From NCBI GenBank assembly GCA_050179115.1, contig JBFXFL010000008.1, positions 4,060 through 68,059 of the forward strand: DNA of 64,000 bases, in the 5' to 3' direction. The translations under genes were made by a program, and so were the position numbers. The notes under the pieces were generated by a model, which made no database searches, was not told the DNA's origin, and worked only from the letters and a program-made list of their open reading frames with translations. The DNA comes from Porticoccaceae bacterium (lineage in GTDB: Bacteria > Pseudomonadota > Gammaproteobacteria > Pseudomonadales > Porticoccaceae). Positions 1 to 12,188 of this stretch are shown in pieces. The number at the start of each line of letters is the position of its first letter. Positions within the stretch are counted from its first letter, which is position 1.

Positions 1-1877
1 ACCGCATGCGCGTGGCCCTGGAGGTCGACCGCGCCCGGGTGCAGCTGGGGCGCATTTCCCGCTTCGGTCTGCTGGAAATGTCGCGGCAACGCCTGCGCCC
101 CTCGCTGGAAGAAATGACGTTCAAGGTGTGTCCGCGCTGTGACGGCCAGGGCACGATCCGCGGCACCCGGTCCCTGGCCCTGTCGATCCTGCGCCTCGTC
201 GAGGAGGAGGCACAAAAGGAGAACAGCGTACAGATTCGTGCCATCACCCCGGTCGCCGTCGCCACCTTCCTGCTCAACGAGAAGCGCCGGGCGATTCTCG
301 ACATCGAAACCCGTCACGGGATTCGCGTTGCGATCCTGCCCAGCGAAAGCATGGAAACCCCGCATTACGAAGTCCAGCGCATTCGCGAGCAGGACAATGT
401 GCCGGACATGTACAGCTATCAGGTCATCAACCAACTGACCACTGAGAACCTGCCCGACCCGCTGGAGATCGAGTCCGCGCCGCTGTTGCCGGAACCTGCG
501 GTACAGTCGCTGCCGCCGCAGTCCCCCGCGCCCATGCCCACGCCGCCGCGCCCCGCACCTGAAGCACCCGTGGCGACCGCGGCAGACAGCGGTACCCGCA
601 AAAGCTGGCTCAAACGCCTGCTCGGATCGCTCGTGGGAACAGAAGCGCCGGCGCCGATCGCGCCGGAGCCACCCGCAGTCCCGGCGGCGCGAAAGCCGGC
701 CGCCCAGCGCAATAATCGCCGCCCGACCGCGAAAGCGAACACGGCCGACGAATCCGTCGTGCAGGGCCAGCAGGGCCAAGGCCAGAATCGGGGCCGACGC
801 GGTGGTCGTGGGCGCGGGCGCCCGCCCGGCCCCGGAGACGCCGCTGAAGCCTCATCGGCGGAGCCAGTAGCAATTGAGACTCCGGTAGTCGGCGACGACG
901 AAGCGGCGCGCACCGGCGAAGATGGCCGTCCGCGCCGCAGCCGACGCCGACGCCGGCCCGCGCGGGATGACCAGAACCGGATCGTTACCGAAGGCGCCGA
1001 GGAGTTGACGTTGCTGCCCGAAGAGGCCATCCGGGAGGACGCCGGGGCGGTTGCATCGCCGCGCCCGCCACGACGCCCCGAAGGAGAACGCCGAGAGCCG
1101 AAACGTCGGCGTGAACGTGCCCCGCTGCCTGAAGGCGAGGCGGATCCGACCGCCGGGCTGGTGATCGAAGACTCTACCGCCGCGCTCTCCACCGAACCCG
1201 CCGCTGCGCCTGCGCCCGACGCCGTCCGCGATGTCATCGCGCTTGAAGCCGCCCAGCTGCTGAACATGGCGCCCGAGATCATTTCGGGAGACAACGGGTC
1301 GGAAGACCTTCCGGAACCGATGGCATTGGCGCCGGAATCTCCGGCAGTTGGAGCCGCAGAAGAGGAAGCGGTACCAACGTTCTCCCTGGATGACGTTCGC
1401 CCGTCCACGGATACTGTTATTCCCGCGTCTGAACCCGCAACCGAGAGCGCGCATCCCCAGCACCAACTCGGATTCGAGGTGAGTGACACTACGCCGATAC
1501 CAGCCACCGTTGAACCCGTTGTGCAGGTGGCTAGCGTTGCTGAAACTCCCTACGCGGCGCCCCGCACCCCGGTTGAGCCGAGGGTAGAGACAGCGACCAC
1601 GGCTGCCGAACCCCGGCGTGCGGCCAACGATCCGCGCGCCGCGCCGCGCCAGGTCGCCGCCATCACCGTGGTGACCTCCAGCATCCCGGTACCCTTGTCC
1701 GGCCCGATCGATACCAGTCTGCCGCCGCCCGTGGCGGTCAGCACTGTGCCCGCGCCGCGTCCGGCAAATGATCCCCGCCGGTTACGCACCAAACCGGTTC
1801 TGGAGAATCATGCTGCGACTGCCGAGGCGCAGGTCCAGGAAGTGTCAGCGCTGACGGAGCACGGCGAAGACAACTGA
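1..1877 (+). CDS. rne: Ribonuclease E, 3' portion (gene begins upstream of the window)
   Basis: The frame of ORF 6..1877 is open to the window edge. The first ~110 aa (GRISRFGLLEMSRQRLRPSL, CPRCDGQGTIRG Zn-link) look like the end of the RNase E/G catalytic half. The rest is a Pro/Ala/Arg-rich low-complexity tail with three Arg-rich blocks, as in degradosome scaffold regions. Confidence 0.85.
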   Translation, partial: RMRVALEVDRARVQLGRISRFGLLEMSRQRLRPSLEEMTFKVCPRCDGQGTIRGTRSLALSILRLVEEEAQKENSVQIRAITPVAVATFLLNEKRRAILDIETRHGIRVAILPSESMETPHYEVQRIREQDNVPDMYSYQVINQLTTENLPDPLEIESAPLLPEPAVQSLPPQSPAPMPTPPRPAPEAPVATAADSGTRKSWLKRLLGSLVGTEAPAPIAPEPPAVPAARKPAAQRNNRRPTAKANTADESVVQGQQGQGQNRGRRGGRGRGRPPGPGDAAEASSAEPVAIETPVVGDDEAARTGEDGRPRRSRRRRRPARDDQNRIVTEGAEELTLLPEEAIREDAGAVASPRPPRRPEGERREPKRRRERAPLPEGEADPTAGLVIEDSTAALSTEPAAAPAPDAVRDVIALEAAQLLNMAPEIISGDNGSEDLPEPMALAPESPAVGAAEEEAVPTFSLDDVRPSTDTVIPASEPATESAHPQHQLGFEVSDTTPIPATVEPVVQVASVAETPYAAPRTPVEPRVETATTAAEPRRAANDPRAAPRQVAAITVVTSSIPVPLSGPIDTSLPPPVAVSTVPAPRPANDPRRLRTKPVLENHAATAEAQVQEVSALTEHGEDN

Positions 1878-1886
1878 GTCGGCAAC

Positions 1887-1923
1887 CTGTATCTCGCCGG
1901 AACCCAGGTCCGGCGAGATACAG
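1887..1923. terminator. Hairpin between convergent rne and tal (possible bidirectional terminator)
   Basis: Perfect 14-bp inverted repeat CTGTATCTCGCCGG (1887-1900) / CCGGCGAGATACAG (1910-1923) with a 9-nt loop. No clear U-tract. Confidence 0.5.
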
Positions 1924-1969
1924 CGAATCAAGGCAATGCTGGGACGTCAGGAGCGGGGTCCGGCGGTAT

Positions 1970-3076
1970 TCAACCGCCGCACCGCGCGGCAAGCACCGCC
2001 AGCAGTGCATCATGGGCGGCGATGAATTTTTCCACGCCCTCACGCTCCAATTGTTCAGCCACCCGATCCATGTCGATGCCCGCCGCCGCCAGGCGCGCGA
2101 TCTGTTGTGCTGCTTCCGCGATGCCCGGCTCCAGGCGCAGCGCCGGGTCGCCATGATCCCGGTACGCCTCCAAAGTTGCGGGCGGCAAGGTATTGACCGT
2201 TTCGGGGGCGATCAGCTCTTCGACATAGCGCACGTCGCTGTAGGCCGGATCCTTGGTGGACGTCGACGCCCACAGCAGGCGCTGGGGTTGGGCGCCCGCG
2301 GCGGCCAGCGCCCCCCAACGCGCCGCGCTGGTCCACTCCTGATAATGGCGGTACGCGAGCCGGGCGCACGCCAGCGCCGCCGTACCCCGCAAGGCGATAA
2401 CCCCGGGCTGTGCAACGCTCCGCCGATCGAGTTCCGCGTCCACCTGGGTGTCGATCCGGCTGATAAAGAAACTCGCCACCGAAGCAATCCCCGCCAGCGA
2501 CTGCCCCAGGCTGTGGCGCTGCTCAAGCCCCGCCACAAAGGCATCCGCCACCTCCCGATAACGGGCTACCGAAAACAGCAGGGTGACGTTGACATTCACG
2601 CCGGCGGCGATGAGGCGCGTGATGGCGGGGAGGCCCGCGCGGGTGCCCGGTACCTTGATCATCAGATTGGGCCGGTCAAGGGTCCGCCACAGGGCCATCG
2701 CCTCCGCCACGGTAGCTTCGGTGTCATCGGCGAGATGGGGCGAAACCTCCAGGCTGACCAGCCCGTCCCGGCACCCGGTCGCTTCCCACAAGGGTCGCAG
2801 GATGTCCGCGGCGCGCGTGACGTCGCCGAAGGTCAGGGCCTGATAGACCCGGTCGCGATCCGCGCCGGCCGCCAGGAGTTGCTGGATTTCGGCGTCATAG
2901 AAGTCGTGGCGCACTATCGCGTCTTCGAAAATACTCGGATTGGAGGTGATTCCGGCCAGTCCGTCGTCGGCCATCATCGCCGCCAAGCGCCCTCCGGTCA
3001 GCAAATCGCGCCGGATATAGTCGAGCCACACGCTCTGACCGAGGGCATTGAGTCGCAGCAGTGGATTCAGCTTCAC
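1970..3076 (-). CDS. tal: Transaldolase
   Basis: 368 aa with LNALGQSVWLDYIRRD, TSNPSIFE and MIKVPGT (Schiff-base Lys context). GTG start at 3076 is preceded by GAGGAG. Confidence 0.85.
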   Translation of the reverse strand: MKLNPLLRLNALGQSVWLDYIRRDLLTGGRLAAMMADDGLAGITSNPSIFEDAIVRHDFYDAEIQQLLAAGADRDRVYQALTFGDVTRAADILRPLWEATGCRDGLVSLEVSPHLADDTEATVAEAMALWRTLDRPNLMIKVPGTRAGLPAITRLIAAGVNVNVTLLFSVARYREVADAFVAGLEQRHSLGQSLAGIASVASFFISRIDTQVDAELDRRSVAQPGVIALRGTAALACARLAYRHYQEWTSAARWGALAAAGAQPQRLLWASTSTKDPAYSDVRYVEELIAPETVNTLPPATLEAYRDHGDPALRLEPGIAEAAQQIARLAAAGIDMDRVAEQLEREGVEKFIAAHDALLAVLAARCGG

Positions 3077-3282
3077 AATGGATACTCCTCAAGCTACCAA
3101 CGGGCGCGGCTGGTCAGGGTACCTGCCGGCGTCCCGACCGCCAAGCTCGGCGCTCGTCAATGGGTGTCGTCGACGCACGCGGGTCTGTTACTCTACGCCC
3201 GCGCTCCGTTTGGCGGCTACCGCCGCCGGGGCAGTATTTTTCGAGTCCCTTGGAACCGACCAACAATACCGGGAGAGATTCC

Positions 3283-3726
3283 ATGCGCAATTGCTGCTCA
3301 TGCGTGCACGATATCACCCAGAAAATCGGGCCACTGGCCGGCCGTTTGCTGATCGCCGCACTCTTCATCCCGGCTGGCCTGCTGAAGATTCCCGGCTTCG
3401 AGGCGACCGCCGGCTACATGGCGGCCAAGGGGTTGCCCTTCGTCGCGCTGCTGCTGGTGCTCACCATCCTGATCGAGGCCGGCGGCGGACTGATGATCCT
3501 GCTGGGCTGGCGCGCACGCGAGGCGGCGCTGGTCCTGTTCCTTTTCCTGATTCCCGTCACCGTGATTTTTCATGGTTTTTGGGGCATCGAGGATCCGGTT
3601 AAGGCCGCCGCCGAACAACGCAGCTTCATGAAGAATATTGCCATCATGGGCGGTGTTCTGTTCATCGCAGCGTTCGGGTCCGGCCCCCTGAGCCTGGACG
3701 GCAGCGGGAAACACCCGACAACCTAA
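3283..3726 (+). CDS. DoxX family membrane protein
   Basis: Internal ATG at 3283 follows GGGAGAG. About 147 aa with four hydrophobic helices and a DoxX-like pattern (LLIAALFIPAGLLKI ... GGGLMILLGW ... MKNIAIMGG). The upstream part of ORF 3061..3726 looks non-coding. Confidence 0.7.
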   Translation: MRNCCSCVHDITQKIGPLAGRLLIAALFIPAGLLKIPGFEATAGYMAAKGLPFVALLLVLTILIEAGGGLMILLGWRAREAALVLFLFLIPVTVIFHGFWGIEDPVKAAAEQRSFMKNIAIMGGVLFIAAFGSGPLSLDGSGKHPTT

Positions 3727-3791
3727 AACGCTTCATTCAACCCGCAACCTCTGCCGGGGGCGACGCCCCCGGCCATCGACTGGAATATCCG

Positions 3792-5813
3792 ATGCGAGTA
3801 CTTGGCCTGCTGCTGTTGTCGACCCTGCTGCTCGCTGGCTGCGGGCGATCCACCACCGATGCGGTCTCCGGCATCGACCGCTCCCGCATGAATCCCGAGG
3901 TGCGGCCTGGCGACGATTTCTTCGAGTACGCCAACGGGAAGTGGCTGGCCGAGACCGAGATCCCCGCCGATCGCAGCGCCTGGGGCTCGTTCGCCATCCT
4001 GCAGGAGCAGACGCTTGCGCAACTGAATGCCATCGCAACGATGGCCGCCGCGAACGCCGATTCGGATCAGGATCCCGGGCGGGCAGCCGTCGGAGCCTTC
4101 TATCGCGCCTTCATGGACATGGAAACCGTCAAGAAACGCGGCTTGGACCCACTCGCGGCGGAACTTGCCACCATTGCGGGACTCGCCGACCACGACGCCA
4201 TCGCCGCTTACTTCGGCCATGCAAGCGTGCTGGGAGTGGATTCGCCGCTCGGACTCTGGGTAAACCAGGATGACAAGGACGCCACCCGTTACATTCTGTA
4301 CTTCGATCAGGGCGGACTCGGGCTACCGGATCGCGACTATTATTTCGACACCAGCGAACGCGGGCAGGCGATTCTCGCCAAATACCGCGCCTTCGCCGCC
4401 GCCCTGCTCAGCCTGGCCGGCGCGCCCGAATCCGCGGCCGCGGCGGAGCGCATCGTCGCGCTGGAAACCCGCCTTGCCGAACACCAGTGGACCCGGCTCG
4501 ACAACCGCGACGCCGAGAAGACCTACAACCGTCGCAGCGGCACGCAATTGCGGGACCTGCTGGGCCAGTACAACCTGGAGGCATTCCTGCGCGAACAGGA
4601 CATCGGTGAGATCGACGCCGCCGTCGTACGCCAACCCACCTATGTCGCCGAGCTGAATACCCTGTTCCGCACTACCGACCCGGCACTCTGGCGCGACTAC
4701 CTCCGTCTGCGCCTGCTCTCCGCCTTCGCACCCTATCTGCCGCCCGCTTATGAGGATCTGCATTTCGACTTTTACCAACGCACCCTCAACGGCCAGACCG
4801 AGCCCCAGGAGCGCTGGAAGCGCGCCATCGACAATCTGAACGCCCAGGTGGGCCAGCTGCTCGGCAAGCTCTATGTGGAGAAGCATTTTCCGCCCGCCGC
4901 CAAGGCGCGCATGGAGAAACTGGTTGCGCATCTGATCGACGCCTACCGGGTTTCCATCAGCCAGCTCGACTGGATGAGCGCCGACACCCGCGCCCGCGCC
5001 CTGCAGAAACTCGACCGCTTCACGCCCAAGATCGGCTATCCCGATCGCTGGCGGGACTACACGGGGCTCGAACTGCACGGCGATGATCTGGTCGGCAACA
5101 TCCTGAGGACCAACGCCTTCAATCACGCCTACCAGATCGCCAAGCTCAATCAGCCGGTGGACCGCGCGGAGTGGTTCATGCCGCCCCAGCAGATCAATGC
5201 CTACTACAACCCGGGCATGAACGAGATCGTCTTTCCCGCTGGCATCCTGCAACCGCCTTTTTTCAACCTGGCTGCGGACGACGCCGTCAATTACGGCGCC
5301 ATCGGCGCGGTAATCGGCCACGAGATCGGGCACGGTTTCGACGATCAGGGCAGCAAGTATGACGGCGACGGCAATCTGCACAACTGGTGGACGGATGGGG
5401 ACCGCACCCACTTTGAGGACCGTACCCGGAGGCTGGTCGCACAGTACAATCAGTATGAAGTACTGCCCGGCCTCAAGGTCAATGGAGAGCTTTCGCTGGG
5501 CGAGAATATCGGCGATCTGGGTGGCCTCGGCATTGCTTTTCAGGCCTACCGCATGTCGCTTGCCGGGCGCGCGGACCCCGTTATCGACGGCTTTTCCGGT
5601 GAACAGCGGGTATTTCTCGGATGGGCCCAGGCCTGGTGCATGAAGCGCCGTGACGAACTGGCGGAACGGCTGCTGCGGGTAGCTCCGCACGCGCCACCCA
5701 AATTTCGCGTCAACGGGGTGGTACGCAATATCGATGCCTTCTACACCGCCTTCGAGCTGACCCCGGACGACAAGCTTTATCTGCCCCCCCAGGAACGCGT
5801 CAAGATCTGGTAG
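3792..5813 (+). CDS. M13 family zinc metallopeptidase (PepO / endothelin-converting-enzyme-like), lipoprotein
   Basis: Lipobox LLLAGC at the N-terminus, HEIGHGFD zinc motif, and downstream GENIGDLGG (ENxADxGG-type third ligand). 673 aa. Confidence 0.85.
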   Translation: MRVLGLLLLSTLLLAGCGRSTTDAVSGIDRSRMNPEVRPGDDFFEYANGKWLAETEIPADRSAWGSFAILQEQTLAQLNAIATMAAANADSDQDPGRAAVGAFYRAFMDMETVKKRGLDPLAAELATIAGLADHDAIAAYFGHASVLGVDSPLGLWVNQDDKDATRYILYFDQGGLGLPDRDYYFDTSERGQAILAKYRAFAAALLSLAGAPESAAAAERIVALETRLAEHQWTRLDNRDAEKTYNRRSGTQLRDLLGQYNLEAFLREQDIGEIDAAVVRQPTYVAELNTLFRTTDPALWRDYLRLRLLSAFAPYLPPAYEDLHFDFYQRTLNGQTEPQERWKRAIDNLNAQVGQLLGKLYVEKHFPPAAKARMEKLVAHLIDAYRVSISQLDWMSADTRARALQKLDRFTPKIGYPDRWRDYTGLELHGDDLVGNILRTNAFNHAYQIAKLNQPVDRAEWFMPPQQINAYYNPGMNEIVFPAGILQPPFFNLAADDAVNYGAIGAVIGHEIGHGFDDQGSKYDGDGNLHNWWTDGDRTHFEDRTRRLVAQYNQYEVLPGLKVNGELSLGENIGDLGGLGIAFQAYRMSLAGRADPVIDGFSGEQRVFLGWAQAWCMKRRDELAERLLRVAPHAPPKFRVNGVVRNIDAFYTAFELTPDDKLYLPPQERVKIW

Positions 5814-5895
5814 GCCCCGCTCCACCGGAGCTGTAATGCGTGCCGGTGGCTCTCTGCGGGCGCGTCAAGTGGCGGGGAAACGAGCAAAGATGCGA

Positions 5896-6843
5896 TCAGG
5901 GCTGACCATCAAACTCTGAGCCGTCCTTGACCGGCAGCAACAGATCCTCACGCTGCACGCCCAACTGCAGCGCCAGCCCCGAGGCGACATAAATCGACGA
6001 ATAGGTCCCGAAAATTATTCCCACCATCAGTGCGATGGAAAAATTGCGGAGCACATCGCCACCCAGCAGAAACAAGCCAATCACGACCAGCAGGGTGGCG
6101 ACCGAGGTAATAAGGGTGCGCTCCAGCGTCTGAGTCATGGACAGATCCATGATTTCTTCGGGAGAGCCCTTGCGAACCAGGCGAAAGTTTTCCCGTACCC
6201 TATCGAACACCACGATGGTGTCATTGATCGAATAGCCGATCACGGTGAGCACGGCGGCCAGCACGGTGAGATCGAACTCGAGACCAAAGATGGCGAAAAA
6301 CCCTACCGTGACGACCGTATCATGGACTACGGCCAAGGCCCCACCCAGCGCAAATTTATACTGAAACCGCACCGCGACATAAGCCAGGATCCCGAGCAGG
6401 GCCAGGACAACCGCGAGACCACCCTGATCACGCAGCTCCGCACCGATCTGGGGACCGACGAATTCCACCCGCTTTACCTCGGGTGCAACATTTCCAGTCG
6501 TGCCAACGGCTGCAAGCACCCGGGCGGCCGGATCCTCACCAGCCTCGCGGAGCCGGATCATCAGGTCGCTCTCGCTGCCGAAATGAGCCACCACGGGATT
6601 GACGAATCCGGCGGCATCGAGCTGACCGCGGATCGTCTCGGCCGCCACCGGCTGAGGGAAGTGCAACTCGATCTGGATTCCCCCGCTGAAGTCGAGCCCC
6701 AACACCAGCCCCTTGAACGCGATGGCTCCGATGCAAAACGCCGTCAGCACACCCGACATGAGCAGCGCGGGACGCCGCCACGCCATGAACTTGATGACAC
6801 GGGCGTTGTTTACCCGGGAATCGATCACAGGGGAGTCGGTCAT
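5896..6843 (-). CDS. secF: Protein translocase subunit SecF
   Basis: 315 aa, multi-TM, typical SecF sequence (GLDFSGG, INDTIVVFDRVREN). Lies 3 nt downstream of secD. Confidence 0.9.
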   Translation of the reverse strand: MTDSPVIDSRVNNARVIKFMAWRRPALLMSGVLTAFCIGAIAFKGLVLGLDFSGGIQIELHFPQPVAAETIRGQLDAAGFVNPVVAHFGSESDLMIRLREAGEDPAARVLAAVGTTGNVAPEVKRVEFVGPQIGAELRDQGGLAVVLALLGILAYVAVRFQYKFALGGALAVVHDTVVTVGFFAIFGLEFDLTVLAAVLTVIGYSINDTIVVFDRVRENFRLVRKGSPEEIMDLSMTQTLERTLITSVATLLVVIGLFLLGGDVLRNFSIALMVGIIFGTYSSIYVASGLALQLGVQREDLLLPVKDGSEFDGQP

Positions 6844-6846
6844 GAA

Positions 6847-8706
6847 TCAGATCCAGAGTTTGTTCGGATTGCGACCGCCGTAGACCAGATTGGTCAAGGC
6901 GCGCGTTCCCATGATGGCGGTAAACATCGAGGTCAGGATGCCGAGCGAGAGAGTCACCGCGAAGCCCTGCACCGGCCCGGTGCCGATGACATACAGGATG
7001 ATGGCGACCAGCAGGGTGGTCAGGTTGGAATCCACGATCGACGTATAGGCACGGTCATAGCCGGCACTGATCGCCCCCTGCGCCGTCTGGCCGGCGCGCA
7101 ACTCTTCGCGAATGCGCGAATAGATCAGCACGTTGGCATCCACCGCCATACCCATGGTCAGCACTGTCCCGGCGATCCCGGGCAGGGTGAGCGTGGCGCC
7201 AATCATCGACATCAGGGCGATCAGAATCACCATATTGGCGACCAGCGCCAGATTGGCAAACACCCCGAACACGCGGTAATACAGGAGCATGAAGACCATC
7301 ACGAGCAACAGCCCAACCTGGGCGGAGCGCACCCCGGCCGCGATATTTTCGGCTCCCAGAGACGGCCCTATGGTGCGCTCTTCCACGAACTTCATGGGCG
7401 CGGCCAGGGCGCCGGCGCGCAGCAGCAGCGCCAGTTCGGACGCCTCTTGCGGGTCGCCCAGGCCGGTGATGCGGAACTGCACACCGAGCGCGCTCTGGAT
7501 GGTCGCCAGACTGATGATCTTCTTCTCCTGGTAGTCGACCGGCACCTTTTCCGGCATCCCCAGGTCGTTCAGTCGCGTTTCCGTGCGTTGCCGGGTCTCC
7601 ACAAACAAAACCCCCAGACGGCGACCGATATTGCTGCGGGTGGCATGAGACATGGCGCGGCCGCCCTCGCCATCCAGGGTGATATTGACCTGCGGCTGAC
7701 CACTTTCGTCGTAGCCAGTAGCCGCATTGATCACCCGGTCCCCGGTTATGACCAGATCCCGCTCCAGCCAGGCATGCAACTCGCGCCGATCGGGACTACG
7801 GAACTCGAACTGCTCCCGCGCCAGGCTGTCGCGATTCGCCTCCAGACGAAATTCGAGATTGGCGGTCTTGCCAATGATGCGCTTGGCTTCGGCCGTATCC
7901 TGTACGCCGGGCAGCTGCACCACGATGCGATTGCGGCCCTGGCGCTGGACGATGGGTTCCGACACGCCCAGTTCGTTAACTCGATTACGCAGCGTGGTCA
8001 GATTCTGGGAAACGGCATAGTCCTGGCGCTCGGCAATCACGGTCTGGCCGGGCGTCAGGCTCAGCAGAAAGCGGCCATTCATCTCCGTCGGATCGGCCAG
8101 CAAATCCTTGAAATCCCCGCCGCGGACGATGTCGGCAGCGCGATCGCGGCGCTCTGGCGTATCAAACGCAGCGAGAATGTGATTCTGCTCGACCCGTACC
8201 ATCTGATAGCGGGCGTCATTGCCCGCCGCGCGCAGCGCCTCGCGTAACTGGACCGCCTTGGTCTCCAGGTAAGCCGCGAGAATGTCGCCGGTATCGACCT
8301 CCAGCAGAAAATGGACCCCGCCGGAAAGATCGAGGCCCAGCTTCATGGGGTTGGCACCCAGGCGAGATAACCAACCCGGCGTCGTCGGCGCCAGATTCAA
8401 CGCGACCACATAATCGAAGCCGAGGGCCTGCTGCACCACCTGCTTGGCGGCAAGTTGCTGATCGCGATCGCGCAGGCGAATCAGGCCGCTGTTGCCCTCC
8501 ATGGCTACGCCTATGAGCGCGATGCCGGCGGTGTCCAGCGCCTTGCTTACACTCGCCAGAGTGGCCTCATCCAGTGTGGCGGAACTGTTCTGCACGGAAA
8601 TCTGCACGGCCGGATCAGGTGCATACAGATTCGGCGCCGCATAGACGCAAGCCAGGGCCAGCACACCCAGAATCAACAGGTACTTCCATAGCGGATAACG
8701 GTTCAT
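6847..8706 (-). CDS. secD: Protein translocase subunit SecD
   Basis: Start moved to ATG 8706 (MNRYPLWKYLLILGVLAL...), matching SecD N-termini. Contains LGLDLSGGVHFLLEVD and the C-terminal SecDF membrane domain. Confidence 0.9.
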   Translation of the reverse strand: MNRYPLWKYLLILGVLALACVYAAPNLYAPDPAVQISVQNSSATLDEATLASVSKALDTAGIALIGVAMEGNSGLIRLRDRDQQLAAKQVVQQALGFDYVVALNLAPTTPGWLSRLGANPMKLGLDLSGGVHFLLEVDTGDILAAYLETKAVQLREALRAAGNDARYQMVRVEQNHILAAFDTPERRDRAADIVRGGDFKDLLADPTEMNGRFLLSLTPGQTVIAERQDYAVSQNLTTLRNRVNELGVSEPIVQRQGRNRIVVQLPGVQDTAEAKRIIGKTANLEFRLEANRDSLAREQFEFRSPDRRELHAWLERDLVITGDRVINAATGYDESGQPQVNITLDGEGGRAMSHATRSNIGRRLGVLFVETRQRTETRLNDLGMPEKVPVDYQEKKIISLATIQSALGVQFRITGLGDPQEASELALLLRAGALAAPMKFVEERTIGPSLGAENIAAGVRSAQVGLLLVMVFMLLYYRVFGVFANLALVANMVILIALMSMIGATLTLPGIAGTVLTMGMAVDANVLIYSRIREELRAGQTAQGAISAGYDRAYTSIVDSNLTTLLVAIILYVIGTGPVQGFAVTLSLGILTSMFTAIMGTRALTNLVYGGRNPNKLWI

Positions 8707-8737
8707 GAAAGCGGGGCAGCCCTGATCAAAGCGCGCG

Positions 8738-8766
8738 ATTATAGGCGAATAGCCCCTACCCTCCAA
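8738..8766 (-). promoter_or_regulatory. Candidate sigma70 promoter for secDF
   Basis: On the minus strand: TTGGAG (8766-8761), 17-nt spacer, perfect TATAAT (8743-8738). It lies ~30 nt upstream of the secD ATG, in the 90-bp tgt-secD gap. Confidence 0.4.
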
Positions 8767-8796
8767 CGAAGATCTCGCCCGCCGCCCGGTGCGAAG

Positions 8797-10976
<2,180 letters not shown>

Positions 10977-11124
10977 GGGGGGTCCGAAAAAAGGCGCAAG
11001 GGTAGCCGAAATCGATGCCCTGCCCCAGCCCCATGCGCCGTGATGACACAACCCCCGACGCGCAAAATCAGTCTGTGAGACGTCGGGTCATATCCGCCTC
11101 ACCATGCTGCCGTCCTCGGTGCGG

Positions 11125-11985
11125 TCAGAGCAGCCGACGCGCCATGGACTCCATCGCCGCCAGCAGATCATCGAGCGGCAGATTTTCCGGCAGCCACATC
11201 ACCACCCGGTCCGCACCCGCCGCCTCCAGCGCACGGATTTCCTCCGGGGTCTCCCACTGCCCCTTGATACCGAAGACCGTCTTGGTCAGCTCGCCATAAT
11301 CCCGGCCCGCGGCATCGGCAGCCCGCTGGAGCCGCTCGACGCCCTGGCGGAACTGATCGACCGATTCCAGCACCGGCAGCCAGCCGTCGCCCCACTCGGC
11401 GATGCGCTGGTACACGCGCTCGGCCGTGAAGCCGCCCAGCAGGATCGGCGGATGCGGGCGCTGTGCCGGTTTCGGGAAACAGCGCACCGGAGGGAAATCC
11501 ACATATTTGCCGTGGTATTCGGATTCCGTCTGGGTCCAGAGCTGCTTCATGGCCAGGATGTAATCCTTGGTCTGCCCCCAGCGATGATCGAAATCGCCGC
11601 CCAGAATCTGGCATTCCTCGCGATTCCAGCCCGCCCCGATACCCATCAGGAAGCGCCCACCGGAAAACGAGTCCAGGGACGCCACCATCTTCGCGGCCAG
11701 CAGCGGATTGCGCTCCGGGACCAGGATGATGCCGGTGCCGAGCAAGATGGTGCTGGTGACGGCCGCGGCACGCGTCAGTGCGATCAGCGGGTCGGGCATC
11801 TGCCAGAGATAATCCGGCCCGGGCTGGCCGGGTCGTACCCCCGGATACTGGTCGGAGTAAGTGACGGGCAGAATGGTATGGTCCGGCACCCAGTAGGAGT
11901 CGAAACCCAGTTGTTCGGCGTGTTTGGCGACCACGGCAGGATCAGCGGCCACGTTCGGAAGAATGGAAAAAACACCAATTTTCAT
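11125..11985 (-). CDS. Luciferase-like (LLM class) flavin/F420-dependent oxidoreductase
   Basis: 286 aa TIM-barrel LLM pattern (FDSYWVPDH, GTGIILVPERNP, GGRFLMGIGAGW). Confidence 0.7.
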   Translation of the reverse strand: MKIGVFSILPNVAADPAVVAKHAEQLGFDSYWVPDHTILPVTYSDQYPGVRPGQPGPDYLWQMPDPLIALTRAAAVTSTILLGTGIILVPERNPLLAAKMVASLDSFSGGRFLMGIGAGWNREECQILGGDFDHRWGQTKDYILAMKQLWTQTESEYHGKYVDFPPVRCFPKPAQRPHPPILLGGFTAERVYQRIAEWGDGWLPVLESVDQFRQGVERLQRAADAAGRDYGELTKTVFGIKGQWETPEEIRALEAAGADRVVMWLPENLPLDDLLAAMESMARRLL

Positions 11986-12033
11986 CTTGCCCCCTGGGGA
12001 ATATTCCCCTTGCTGATATAATCCCGCCGCCGC

Positions 12034-12120
12034 GCCAGAGTGGTGAAATTGGTAGACACGACGGATTCAAAATCCGTTGGGGTAAAACCCGTGCCGGTTC
12101 GAGTCCGGCCTCTGGTACCA
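12034..12120 (+). tRNA. tRNA-Leu (anticodon CAA)
   Basis: 87-nt class II tRNA. Acceptor GCCAGAG/CTCTGGT, D-arm GTGAAATTGGTAGACAC, anticodon stem ACGGA/TCCGT with loop TTCAAAA, long variable arm, T-arm GCCGGTTCGAGTCCGGC, encoded CCA. Confidence 0.9.
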
Positions 12121-12188
12121 AGTACTTTCTTGCACGCGACATCTCGCTTCTGTACAGCTCGGCACGATACCTTGCGTGCCAACCCACA

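Noticed and set aside
2012-8247. Other long antisense ORFs (2012..3352, 4323..5825, 6322..8247; likewise 8809..9981, 9918..11078, 42599..44086, 48041..49672, 60625..61491)
   Set aside because: Each lies opposite a confidently identified gene (tal, M13 peptidase, secDF, tgt, queA, glgC, glgP, sdhA). None has a recognisable motif and all have the biased composition typical of shadow ORFs.
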